Origin: a virus
Lineage: Duplodnaviria > Heunggongvirae > Uroviricota > Caudoviricetes
IMG/VR virus record: IMGVR_UViG_3300017649_000001
Coordinates: 24,798-88,797 of that record
Direction: 5' to 3' (one strand)
Length of the DNA stretch: 64,000 nucleotides
A program made the position numbers and the translations under genes. The notes below the pieces were generated by a model. It had not been told where the DNA came from and searched no databases. It worked only from the letters and a program-made list of their open reading frames with translations. Shown here in pieces: positions 29,764 through 38,986 of the stretch. Position 1 is the stretch's first letter. Each line of letters opens with the position of its first letter.

Positions 29764-29827
29764 CCGATGTTTTCCCTTGCGCTAAAGTCATATATTAAAT
29801 AATAACTAACTGTTTAATGAGGCTCAC

Positions 29828-30154
29828 ATGCAACAGACCACAGTTACAGAAATGGATGGACTCGGGCGACTGCTACTTGGAGCGGTTCATTCAGGGGTGC
29901 TGACGGTGCGCGAAACGCCTGACGGTTATCAACTGATCATGAAAAAGAACGGCATGATCAACACCCTTCTATCAACCCCCAAACTCGCGCCTAACGAGCA
30001 ATTGTCGGATGAAAGTCTTTCGCTGCTGCTCGCCGGAGCTGAGAACGCGACCGCTCGCAGTAAAGCGGTGCAGCTCGGTGAGCGTAAAAGCGAGTTTGAT
30101 ATCGCTCCGATGACGCCAGAACAGCGTCGCAGCACGTTTAGGATCGTTTCGTGA
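29828..30154 (+). CDS. hypothetical protein
   Basis: ORF after the palindrome motif. Confidence 0.4.
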   Translation: MQQTTVTEMDGLGRLLLGAVHSGVLTVRETPDGYQLIMKKNGMINTLLSTPKLAPNEQLSDESLSLLLAGAENATARSKAVQLGERKSEFDIAPMTPEQRRSTFRIVS

Positions 30155-30390
30155 TGAGTGATCTGGCTAAAGCAATTGTTCAGCGCCAGCCCAAAGATGG
30201 CGCAGATATAAAACTGTCCCTTTCGAACGGTGCAGTTTTAATGGGCGTGCCGAGCATCGATGGCAATTGCCTTCGAATACAAGATCCGCACAGCCCAAAC
30301 CGATACACTCTGGTTAATCCAGCTTTCATTGTTAGCGCGGAATTACCAGTCCCTCCAAGAATGCCTGACGAATTGGAAGAAAATGACTGA
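30151..30390 (+). CDS. hypothetical protein
   Basis: ATGA-overlap ORF. Confidence 0.35.
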   Translation: MMSDLAKAIVQRQPKDGADIKLSLSNGAVLMGVPSIDGNCLRIQDPHSPNRYTLVNPAFIVSAELPVPPRMPDELEEND

Positions 30391-30940
30391 TACAGCAACT
30401 CTCGAATCAAGCAGCTTCGGTGAATTTCCGCGTGTCGCCGCTGACGCAATCGTTCTCAACGCTCAGGCAGAAATCCTGCTTATCAAGCGTAGAGATAACG
30501 ATATGTGGGCTATACCTGGCGGTATGATGGAGCCGGGCGAGTTTCCGGAAGCGAGCGCTAAGCGCGAGCTGCGTGAGGAAACTGGATTGCGCGTCAGTCA
30601 TCCTTCCTTTTATCAGTTTGTGGCGGCCGATCCCGATCGTGACCCCAGATCGCACATTCTCGCCATTGTGAGCGCTTTCCAGCTACCAGATGACTTCGAC
30701 ACCTCACGCGTTGTTGCTCAGGATGACGCGAAAGAGGTGAAATGGGTTCCGTATGCGGAAGCCATGACGATGCCTCTATTTGCCGATCACAACGAGCACC
30801 TGATGAAGACTTACGAGAAGATTCAGGAGACAGTTGAGGAAAGCGCCGCGGTGGCTCGACGACGCGTTTCCAGTGTTTTGTTTGGCGCGACCATCATTCT
30901 GGGCATGGTTGGCTTCTACACGCTCGGAAAGATTTTCTGA
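30386..30940 (+). CDS. NUDIX hydrolase
   Basis: Nudix box 'GGMMEPGEFPEASAKRELREETGL'; C-terminal hydrophobic segment. Confidence 0.75.
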   Translation, partial: TDTATLESSSFGEFPRVAADAIVLNAQAEILLIKRRDNDMWAIPGGMMEPGEFPEASAKRELREETGLRVSHPSFYQFVAADPDRDPRSHILAIVSAFQLPDDFDTSRVVAQDDAKEVKWVPYAEAMTMPLFADHNEHLMKTYEKIQETVEESAAVARRRVSSVLFGATIILGMVGFYTLGKIF

Positions 30941-31142
30941 TGGCTTCAGCATCGAAAAGACAACTTGAGCGTGATTTGAAGGACGCTCTTTTCACCGCAG
31001 ATTTTACAGAACCGCTGTCGGATGAGGACACCGCGTTCGCAATCGCATTCTCAGCGAACTACGCGAGATATGCCGATCGAAACCCTCAGCGTTTTAGTTT
31101 ACAAACTAAGAATAACTAAAACGTTAGTTAACGAGGGCAAAA

Positions 31143-31403
31143 ATGAATAGGGTTCTGCAAGTGTCTGTGGCTCATATCACAGAGGAAACCGCTTACGAAC
31201 TTACGCGTGGAAAGCAGATCAAGCATGTTCAGGTGAACAGCGATTCCGACTTCTTCATCGACAATCTACCACGGGTGCGGCTTTCTAAAGTATCCGGGGA
31301 TCTCGCTCGGGTTATTTCCCACGCCCTCGCTAACGGCTTCAAATCTCTTCATCTGGCAGCAGATGGAAAGTTTCACCAGGCTATACCTCACTACGATTGG
31401 TGA
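31143..31403 (+). CDS. hypothetical protein
   Basis: ORF after the palindrome motif. Confidence 0.4.
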   Translation: MNRVLQVSVAHITEETAYELTRGKQIKHVQVNSDSDFFIDNLPRVRLSKVSGDLARVISHALANGFKSLHLAADGKFHQAIPHYDW

Positions 31404-31444
31404 GATGCGCCTTAACGTTTAACTCAATTGTTATTGAGGCAATC

Positions 31445-31567
31445 ATGTTTCGGGCAATCGGCATAACCATTGTGGCGGTTTTCATCGCCTTGGGCGTCGG
31501 CACGACAATTCAGTTTTTGTTCAACAGGAACAAAACCAACCCCTCCAACAAGAAAACGAGGAAATAA
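31445..31567 (+). CDS. small membrane protein (40 aa)
   Basis: Single TM segment 'IGITIVAVFIALGVG' directly upstream of the SPFH gene. Confidence 0.3.
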   Translation: MFRAIGITIVAVFIALGVGTTIQFLFNRNKTNPSNKKTRK

Positions 31568-31571
31568 CTAA

Positions 31572-32432
31572 ATGCGTCTCAATCCATTCGCGCTCATCAT
31601 CCCTGCGGTGATTGGCCTGTTCGCGCTCGTCACTCTTGGCGGCTCCTTTTATACCATCGATGAAGGCGAGCGAGGCGTGATCGTCAGCCAAGGCAAGATT
31701 ATTGGTGTCGCGCAGCCAGGGCTTCACTTCAAGAAGCCATTCATCGATGACGTTCACAAGATTTCGGTACGCACGCAGGCAATCGAGTTTCCGGAAGAGC
31801 CGGTCTATACGGCAGATCGACAGACCGCCAATGTGACGTTCTCCGTTAACTACGCGGCTGTGCCCACGGACGTTGAAGTGGTGACACTCTATCGCGAGTT
31901 TCAGACGCTTGAAGGTCTCGAAAGCCGCGCGCTCAAACGACAAATCCGTGAGCAGATCAAGAATGTTTTCGGTCGTTTTACTGCTGAAACCGCAGTTCGC
32001 GAGCGCGGTAAACTGAATACGGAAGTCTCGGCCACGATCGCCGGTCTTGGTGACAAGCTGATCAAGATTGAAGGCATCAATATCGAGAATATCAACTTCT
32101 CCGATGCGGTTGAGCGAGCTGCCGAAGAGCGTGCCAAGGCTGAAATGCTGGTGAATACCGAGCGGCAGAAGCTCGAACGCGAAAAGGTTCTGGCTGACAT
32201 TACCGTGACGCAGGCGAAGGCTCAGGCGGAAAGCAAGCTCGCCACTGCTGAAGCAGATGCCAAGGCAGTTCGTCTGAAAGGTGAGGCAGAAGCTGCAGCT
32301 ATCAAGGCAAAGTCCGACGCGCTCGCTCAGTCGCCCAATCTGGTCGAACTCACGAAGGCTGAACGGTGGAATGGTCAGTTGCCACAGCAGTTCGTTCCTG
32401 GCTCCGCCGTGCCGTTCATCGGCATCAAGTAA
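31572..32432 (+). CDS. SPFH/band-7 (prohibitin/HflC-like) membrane protein
   Basis: N-terminal TM segment, band-7 core, Ala/Glu/Lys-rich coiled-coil C-terminus. Confidence 0.8.
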   Translation: MRLNPFALIIPAVIGLFALVTLGGSFYTIDEGERGVIVSQGKIIGVAQPGLHFKKPFIDDVHKISVRTQAIEFPEEPVYTADRQTANVTFSVNYAAVPTDVEVVTLYREFQTLEGLESRALKRQIREQIKNVFGRFTAETAVRERGKLNTEVSATIAGLGDKLIKIEGINIENINFSDAVERAAEERAKAEMLVNTERQKLEREKVLADITVTQAKAQAESKLATAEADAKAVRLKGEAEAAAIKAKSDALAQSPNLVELTKAERWNGQLPQQFVPGSAVPFIGIK

Positions 32433-32450
32433 TCCATCAACTTTTTCGCA

Positions 32451-32482
32451 AAGCCGGGCTTAGTCCCGGCTTTTTCTGCTCT
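32451..32482 (+). terminator. intrinsic terminator
   Basis: aagccgggc-ttagt-cccggcttt followed by TTCTG. Confidence 0.6.
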
Positions 32483-32492
32483 GGAGGCAAAT

Positions 32493-32852
32493 ATGAACCG
32501 TTTCAATTCGTTCCTGAAATCCAACAGTTCGATCACTATTAATGGCAAGTCGTATGTCGGTCGCAACGTGATCATTCGTGGTGACAAAGTTATTGTCGAT
32601 GGCGTTGAGCAGTCTGGCGAGCTTGAGCACGGTCCTGTGACTGTCAGCATCACCGGCGATGTTGAGAAATGCGAGACAGCCGCCGGTGATATCACCATCA
32701 CTGGAAATGCTGGTCAGGTTATGACCGTGTCAGGTGATATTCGAGCCAACGATATCACTGGCGGCGCCAAGACTGTCTCCGGCGACATTTACGCGCAAAG
32801 CGTTACTGGCGGTGCACAGACTGTTTCCGGTGATATTACGGGATTACGCTGA
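32493..32852 (+). CDS. beta-helical repeat protein (bactofilin-like)
   Basis: Repeats 'TVSGDI(R/Y/T)...GG(A)(K/Q)TVSGDI'. Confidence 0.4.
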   Translation: MNRFNSFLKSNSSITINGKSYVGRNVIIRGDKVIVDGVEQSGELEHGPVTVSITGDVEKCETAAGDITITGNAGQVMTVSGDIRANDITGGAKTVSGDIYAQSVTGGAQTVSGDITGLR

Positions 32853-33586
32853 TGGCTGCTCCCACGATGAATAGTACCGCGCACAACGATCTCGCTAAGG
32901 AATTTGTGAAGCGATTAGGCGATCTACAGCGCCTGGAAGGCTGGCGCGAGAGCGAAGCGTTCTTTGCCTGGCTCGAAGCTGCCGCTCGCGCCCTAATCGG
33001 CGCCTCCCTCGTAGGCTACAAGGAAGAATGGCAGAAGAACGAGGATTCGTTCCTTCGAATTGAGAAGCACTGGCAGAAGCGCGCAGACACAAAGAGCGTG
33101 ATGGCGGAAATGACCGGCATTGTCATGCTTGCGCTTTCAAAGGATCCAGTCGATTTTCTGTCGCCGCTCTTTATGGACGTTGGTGGCAGCGGACACCTCG
33201 GACAGTTCTTCACGCCTTGGTCTGTTTCAACGATGATGGCTGAAATGACGGTCGGCTCAAAGGAAGAGTTGTTCGAATCTGCCACCAAGAATGGCCGGGA
33301 TTATATCTCCCTGAGCGAGCCAGCCTGCGGTGTTGGCGGAATGGTGCTCGCGGCCAACGAAGTGATGCGCAAGCGTGGGATCGACATTAGCAGCCAGATT
33401 CTGTGGCACTGTGTCGATGTTGACTGGCGAGCTGTTTGCGGCACGTTCATTCAGACGACACTAACCGGTACGCCTGCCGTTGTGATCCATGGGAATACGT
33501 TGACGCTTCAACAGCACAGCGCCTATATGACTGCCGCAGCACAGCGAATGTTATCGGCTCATAAAACTACGCCGAAGGCGGCGTAG
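32852..33586 (+). CDS. N6-adenine DNA methyltransferase-like protein with degenerate catalytic motif
   Basis: Motif X 'FFTP'; motif I 'LSEPACGVGGMVL'; NTLT ('VIHGNTLT') where motif IV (NPPY) would sit; no target-recognition domain (244 aa). Confidence 0.5.
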   Translation: MAAPTMNSTAHNDLAKEFVKRLGDLQRLEGWRESEAFFAWLEAAARALIGASLVGYKEEWQKNEDSFLRIEKHWQKRADTKSVMAEMTGIVMLALSKDPVDFLSPLFMDVGGSGHLGQFFTPWSVSTMMAEMTVGSKEELFESATKNGRDYISLSEPACGVGGMVLAANEVMRKRGIDISSQILWHCVDVDWRAVCGTFIQTTLTGTPAVVIHGNTLTLQQHSAYMTAAAQRMLSAHKTTPKAA

Positions 33587-33587
33587 T

Positions 33588-34202
33588 TCATTTCTCTCGA
33601 TGTTTTGCCATTGCCGCCTCAATAAAGACGGGCGGTAATAAATCATCGTTATCATCCGCGATTTCGCGTTTTCTTCTTCTCAGGCGCGCGTAACGGGTCT
33701 TAAGCCCAGCGGGTCGCTCCTTTTTGGGCGCAGGAACTGCTGTCGACTCTAGTAAGTAATGTTCATGCAGAATACCGCGCTTGGGTTTTTCAATTCCCAT
33801 CACCATATCGCGCACACGATAACCGACGATCTTACCTGTAGAGGCGACGGCGTCTCTCCTGTGAGATCGTCTCATCACTTCTCGGAGAGTCGTCTTATAT
33901 TCTCTTGGCAGCCCGTCCATAAAGCTGGACTTGACGTGAGGATTCGCCTTCTCGAGTACGGGGATTAACTCCTCTGGTCGAACGACTGTCCACACATCAG
34001 CGCTTGTTAAATCGCAAGCTACGCCATAGACCGTGTCGTCATCATAAGTGCCATCACGAAATCCCGCGAAAAATTGGTCTAGGCGCTCCAGAACCGCCTT
34101 TTTGACTCCAGGGGACCTCTCTTGGATCTTTTCCCTGATATCGTCAAAATCCGACGGGTTTGCGCGAGCAAATGGCATAATAAATTCGACAGCCATTTCC
34201 AT
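33588..34202 (-). CDS. hypothetical protein (second gene of the minus-strand cassette)
   Basis: ORF; 1-nt overlap with the upstream minus gene; basic C-terminus. Confidence 0.5.
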   Translation of the reverse strand: MEMAVEFIMPFARANPSDFDDIREKIQERSPGVKKAVLERLDQFFAGFRDGTYDDDTVYGVACDLTSADVWTVVRPEELIPVLEKANPHVKSSFMDGLPREYKTTLREVMRRSHRRDAVASTGKIVGYRVRDMVMGIEKPKRGILHEHYLLESTAVPAPKKERPAGLKTRYARLRRRKREIADDNDDLLPPVFIEAAMAKHREK

Positions 34203-34203
34203 T

Positions 34204-34779
34204 TTACCTTTTCACGTAACGTGCTTTGACCTGAATATGGTACTTTTCAAACTCTTTCGCAACATTCTGGAGTTGCTCCTCCGATGTGCGCTCAACGTCT
34301 CCGTATCGACCGGACGCATTCGTGAGCAGCCATTGCCCTCTGTCGAACCTCAACTCACCGGCAATTCTTGCATAATATCGAGGATGATCCGTTAACGCGG
34401 GATGGCCGAGCTTTGACTCTCTTTTGTCGGTCTGGCCCGCAAAGACGCCTACCGATCGCCCAATCTCGGTATCAAATATCTCTTCTACAGCAACGACCAG
34501 GTTACCGTCGTCCCTAATCAACCAGAGAAAAGGAATGAATTGATGAAGAGTTGTTCCTGGCGTGTGCGCCTCGGCCGCCTTCATGTGATTCATCAGCAAC
34601 GGCGCTGTTGCCTGGTCTAGAACGACTACTGAGTTGGGTTTAAAACTTTTTTCAACGTCTGTAACGGTGCGATTGGGCGCTTTTGAGGCGCCGAATAGCG
34701 TATCAAAATCTGTCGTCATACGTAAGATACCCCAATTACCGATGTAATTGCACAACAGATTCAGATTGCCAAGTTGCAC
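34204..34779 (-). CDS. hypothetical protein (first gene of the minus-strand cassette)
   Basis: ORF on the opposite strand to all neighbours. Confidence 0.5.
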   Translation of the reverse strand: MQLGNLNLLCNYIGNWGILRMTTDFDTLFGASKAPNRTVTDVEKSFKPNSVVVLDQATAPLLMNHMKAAEAHTPGTTLHQFIPFLWLIRDDGNLVVAVEEIFDTEIGRSVGVFAGQTDKRESKLGHPALTDHPRYYARIAGELRFDRGQWLLTNASGRYGDVERTSEEQLQNVAKEFEKYHIQVKARYVKR

Positions 34780-34852
34780 CTTTAAAATTGAAGCGATGTT
34801 TTACCGTCTTATTGACATATCCGCCATTTTGTTCCCTTTATGTTCTTATGCA

Positions 34853-35129
34853 TATCGAGACATTATGGGACGCATATGTCCACAGCGTCACCATCCGTTT
34901 GGAGTGCGCCGCGGGTCGCGTCGAGGGATTAAAAACAGTTCGCGAGTGTCATTTTAAAACTGACCTCGATGTGAAAACGCTCGTCTGCACCAGAGGTCGC
35001 GATATGCCGATCACCATGCTACAAGATCGGATGCGTTGCCCACTGTGCAAAGCTCGTCGTGTTCGTTTGGTGTTTGGGCTGCCCACCAATACGAATGTGC
35101 AAGCCGCCCGCCGAAAAGCTTCGTATTAA
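34853..35129 (+). CDS. small Cys-rich hypothetical protein
   Basis: ORF with 'ECHF...VCTRG...CPLCKARR'; TTGACA upstream. Confidence 0.3.
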
Positions 35130-35519
35130 CCAGCCGACAACCGTGTCGTGACAGTATATCTTTAGCAAGATTCGGGAGCAAAAGCAGAAAGCGTCTAGCC
35201 AGCAGACGCGTCGAAGAGGATGAGCCACTTCGACCTCGGCATAGGCTTTGCTCTCGAAATGGAGTGAGACGAATGGGTTTTATACCTGTGAGTGTCACGC
35301 TTACGATAAAGAAAACCCGCACGGGCTGGCAGTGCTACGTGCGGGTCACATTCTTTAACTAAGCGCATGGCTGGCGGAGTTAGCGCTCCGCCAGTCACTC
35401 CATGAACATAATCTCCCCTGTTGATAAAATCAAGATTGCGCAGAATAAGCCACGCGACACCCTTGCTGCTTTGTGAGACTTTAACTAATCAGTTATTGAC
35501 ACTAACGAGGCAATTAATA

Positions 35520-36215
35520 ATGGGTATCAGAATACACCGGGCGATGGGTTGGGGCATGACCATCGCAACGCTTGCGGCTCACTATAAAGGACCGCTCGAT
35601 GCACATTCCAAAGGTCTTCATGCAGTAACGAACGGGCTTTATAGCCTGTTTGACGACGCGGACGTAAACAGCGAAGCGTTCAATGTGCCAAAGGATGTGT
35701 GCAGTCACTCATTCCGTAACAAAGCGAATGAAGACGGCATGGCTTCCTGCTGGATCACCGAGCCGCATATTCTCGCTAAAACCAGCACGGATTTCGGCAG
35801 GCGTCCTTTTGAGCCAGCTCCGGCGTCCTATCTCTTCGATCTCATCGGCTTTGACGACTATACGGATATCGTCTTCTACCCCGACCTGCACACTAAATCT
35901 TCATGGCATCGCTACAGCGACGACCTGGATTATTATTTCGAACAGTGGCGCGGCGACGACGTAAGCCGTGACGCGGATCCTGAGACGCGCGATTTCGTCA
36001 AATACATGCCGTACAACCCCTACCCCTACGGCAACAATTTGATGAACGAAGCTGGCGGTCATGAGGATTGGCAGGCGTTTTATGAACTACGCAAGCGACC
36101 GGACATTGTGCCTGCCGTGCATTCATCGATCCGGTGGTATCTGACGAAACTCGGCGTTATGGATAATGAAGGCGTCAATCAGCTTCGTCCTGTCATTGCG
36201 CAGTGGTGGTCGTAA
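35520..36215 (+). CDS. hypothetical protein
   Basis: ATG preceded by the palindrome motif; the track's upstream start at 35421 is unlikely. Confidence 0.45.
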   Translation: MGIRIHRAMGWGMTIATLAAHYKGPLDAHSKGLHAVTNGLYSLFDDADVNSEAFNVPKDVCSHSFRNKANEDGMASCWITEPHILAKTSTDFGRRPFEPAPASYLFDLIGFDDYTDIVFYPDLHTKSSWHRYSDDLDYYFEQWRGDDVSRDADPETRDFVKYMPYNPYPYGNNLMNEAGGHEDWQAFYELRKRPDIVPAVHSSIRWYLTKLGVMDNEGVNQLRPVIAQWWS

Positions 36216-36508
36216 TGCGGAGCGCGAAACAGCGAATTGAAGACGCAGCGCAGGCAGCTTCCGAGACCCAAAAGTCCTGGAAGCACCGGTGTCACGCCAT
36301 TCTCAGCGCGCTTGGCTTGGATTTCGGAGATCCTGACTTCGAAATCCCACCTGTTCACGAGCGTAAGCTGAACGCCCTCTCCCGGATCGTTGACGCTTAC
36401 GACGCGGCGAATCCCATCCGTACCGCAGATATGCATCCATCACGCTGCAAATGCCTGCGCTGCGCCATTGATGAGGCACGAGATATTGTGAGGGATCATG
36501 CATCTTAA
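36203..36508 (+). CDS. hypothetical protein
   Basis: Overlapping ORF. Confidence 0.4.
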   Translation: MVVVMRSAKQRIEDAAQAASETQKSWKHRCHAILSALGLDFGDPDFEIPPVHERKLNALSRIVDAYDAANPIRTADMHPSRCKCLRCAIDEARDIVRDHAS

Positions 36509-37199
36509 TGAAAAATGGCACGTCCAGCATGACGATGAGGTTTGGTGCGAGTCCAACTATTGCGTTGCGAATTGCGCTGACGAGGAAACAGCCAAGCACA
36601 TTGCCGAAACGCACAATCTGATGCTCTCGGCAGAGGATGAATGGCGTGACGCGATGCCGAACAGTTATCGCTCGGCGAAGTGGGGTAAATACGCCGCCAT
36701 CTATCCTTCCACAGTGGCTCAAGCCATACGCATCGCCGGCCAGAGAGCGCCCGAGCTGAATGACGTGATTGTAGCGCTTGTGTTCTTCCGGATCATGGCT
36801 GATCAGCGCGCTCACTTCTTGTTCGAAAACGAAAAGGAGAAGCGCGAAGCCCTGGAACGCGAAATGGCTGGTCTGGCGGATCCAAACGCCGTCCATATTA
36901 ACATGTTGCGTGGCTCCATCGCCCTGCCCTCTTTCGAGCAGATAAAGCACATTTACGCAGGCGAATTTCGCGCTCTTGAAGATCGTGAAAACCTGCGGGT
37001 GGAGGCGCTTGCCGAAATTAAAGCGACAGTTGACGGCGATAGCGATCAGCCCGTCGAAAAGATCATCTATGGCCATCTTGATGAGTTGGCCCGTCTCGAT
37101 AAGGGAGAGAGCTATGCGACAATTTCCGCGGGAACTTATGGACAGTCGAATGCAGGAAGACCTGGAGATGCTGAGGTCTCCGGAGAAGTGGCCGAATGA
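36498..37199 (+). CDS. hypothetical protein
   Basis: ORF. Confidence 0.45.
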   Translation: MHLNEKWHVQHDDEVWCESNYCVANCADEETAKHIAETHNLMLSAEDEWRDAMPNSYRSAKWGKYAAIYPSTVAQAIRIAGQRAPELNDVIVALVFFRIMADQRAHFLFENEKEKREALEREMAGLADPNAVHINMLRGSIALPSFEQIKHIYAGEFRALEDRENLRVEALAEIKATVDGDSDQPVEKIIYGHLDELARLDKGESYATISAGTYGQSNAGRPGDAEVSGEVAE

Positions 37200-37359
37200 C
37201 CCGATCTGCGTAAAGACGCAGCCTTGGGAAAGCGAACGACGCGGGAAAATGAATTTCGGCTTCTATTACGCCGGCACCGCCGGTGTTGTTCTTGACGACG
37301 GGACGGTTGAGAATTTTAGCAGCCTGGAAGAACTTACAGCAGTCTGGAGCGTTGATTAA
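37114..37359 (+). CDS. hypothetical protein
   Basis: RBS aagggagag before ATG 37114. Confidence 0.35.
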   Translation: MRQFPRELMDSRMQEDLEMLRSPEKWPNDPICVKTQPWESERRGKMNFGFYYAGTAGVVLDDGTVENFSSLEELTAVWSVD

Positions 37360-37389
37360 TAAGCGCTTTTTCTTTCATTTGAAATTTAA

Positions 37390-37430
37390 AAGGCGTTTCG
37401 GTTTAGTCACCGTGACGCCTTTTGTTCGAT
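37390..37430 (+). terminator. intrinsic terminator
   Basis: aaaaggcgt...acgcc hairpin followed by TTTTGTT. Confidence 0.55.
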
Positions 37431-37461
37431 CTTCTAACCTCTGATAACTAAAGCTTATCGG

Positions 37462-37788
37462 ATGTTATGCGGAATGAACCTTCTCCGTGAACTTGCGGTC
37501 GCCAAAGATGCATTTGGCTTATATATCTACCGCATCGGAACTCGGAGTTGGCAAATGGCGACCAGGAATGACGTCTACAATCACATTGGAGAGGCTCTTC
37601 AGGATCATTTGCCGGAAGATGGCTCTGCGGAGATCGGCATGGATCACAACAAGCTCTTTCTGAGAATGGGCGGCCAGGTCTTCGCCATTTCGGTGGAAGA
37701 AAAGCAGCAGTTCCGAAATATCAAGGATCCTGTCGAGGCGGCCAGAAACTTCATGGCTACCCTGCCCTTCTGGCCGTGGCGTCGCTGA
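37462..37788 (+). CDS. hypothetical protein
   Basis: ORF after the palindrome motif. Confidence 0.4.
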   Translation: MLCGMNLLRELAVAKDAFGLYIYRIGTRSWQMATRNDVYNHIGEALQDHLPEDGSAEIGMDHNKLFLRMGGQVFAISVEEKQQFRNIKDPVEAARNFMATLPFWPWRR

Positions 37789-37923
37789 TCAACCAACCTG
37801 GTGCGATAAATCGATAGAGCATTGCCGAATGCATCCCTGTGAATAAACGTGCATTGTTATCTTACTTGTTATTGATTCTCACTAATCTGTGAGCTATTCA
37901 GGCGACAACACGGAGCAACAGCA

Positions 37924-38697
37924 ATGCCAAATCACGTCACTCACCGCATCACGATCACGGGTTCGAAGGAGGCGGTAGACCGTTTCGCCAAAACGTTCAT
38001 CACAACAGAGAAGAACGTTAAAGAGGAATGGGAAACCTTCGATTTCAACAATCTCATCCCGATGCCGGAAATTCTGGCGGATTCTCAATCCAGCTCTAAT
38101 GTTGGCCTAGGTCTCGCCTATATCGGATCAGATGCGCCTGACGGGTTTGGTCTCTACAGTCAGAAATCAACCCTGGAGTCATATCTCGACTATCCGTGGG
38201 TTATGGCTGCAGGCATCAAGACCGTTGATGAAATGAAGGCTTACATCGAAAAAGAGCGGCCCGAAGCTATTGAACTCGGCAAGCTCGCTGATAAAGCCTG
38301 GCGCGAAACCGGTCATACGAGCTGGTACACCTGGTGCACTGAGAATTGGGGCACGAAGTGGAACGCTTATTCTTTCAGTCACGAGCGTCTGGATGACGGC
38401 ACGCTGGAAATGAAATTCGATACCGCGTGGTCTGTACCCCTTCCGGTACTCATGGCTCTGTCCGAGCGAGAGGAAATTCAAGACCTGGTGATCAAGATCG
38501 TCGCATTCGATGAAGGTTGGAACTTCGCATATGTTGGCGGTATCGATCACGGCGATTTCCGCGGTGAGAGCGTTAAAGCCACTGATCAGCTCTATGAAGA
38601 GGTTTATGGCGAGCCAAACCCGGATCCCGAGGAAGAATACGAAGGTGATCCGGCGCCCGCTCTGCTCGAAGGCACCATCGAGGTGATCGATGATTGA
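37924..38697 (+). CDS. hypothetical protein
   Basis: ORF; acidic C-terminus. Confidence 0.45.
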   Translation: MPNHVTHRITITGSKEAVDRFAKTFITTEKNVKEEWETFDFNNLIPMPEILADSQSSSNVGLGLAYIGSDAPDGFGLYSQKSTLESYLDYPWVMAAGIKTVDEMKAYIEKERPEAIELGKLADKAWRETGHTSWYTWCTENWGTKWNAYSFSHERLDDGTLEMKFDTAWSVPLPVLMALSEREEIQDLVIKIVAFDEGWNFAYVGGIDHGDFRGESVKATDQLYEEVYGEPNPDPEEEYEGDPAPALLEGTIEVIDD

Positions 38698-38986
38698 TCT
38701 GCCCGAAGGGTGGACGCATGTTCACGGTATCTCTTGGAATGGTCACAATATCTACCATTGCCATCGCGAAACTCATCCAAACGGCCCGATCGAACGAGCA
38801 CTGTTCTGGAACTCACCTGATCAGCCGGCGATGACGAAGGGACGTACCTTTCCGCGAGCTGGTCACATCATGAACCAGATGAAGAAGATTAAGAGCGTAG
38901 TCGAAACGACGGGTGAATTTCCGTACGAGTTGGTGCTTTCGCCGATCGATCCTCACCTCGATACGCCGGGATATGGCGCTTTTTAG
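38690..38986 (+). CDS. hypothetical protein with C-terminal '...DTPGYGAF' tail
   Basis: ORF; third member of the GAF-tail set. Confidence 0.45.
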   Translation: MIDLPEGWTHVHGISWNGHNIYHCHRETHPNGPIERALFWNSPDQPAMTKGRTFPRAGHIMNQMKKIKSVVETTGEFPYELVLSPIDPHLDTPGYGAF

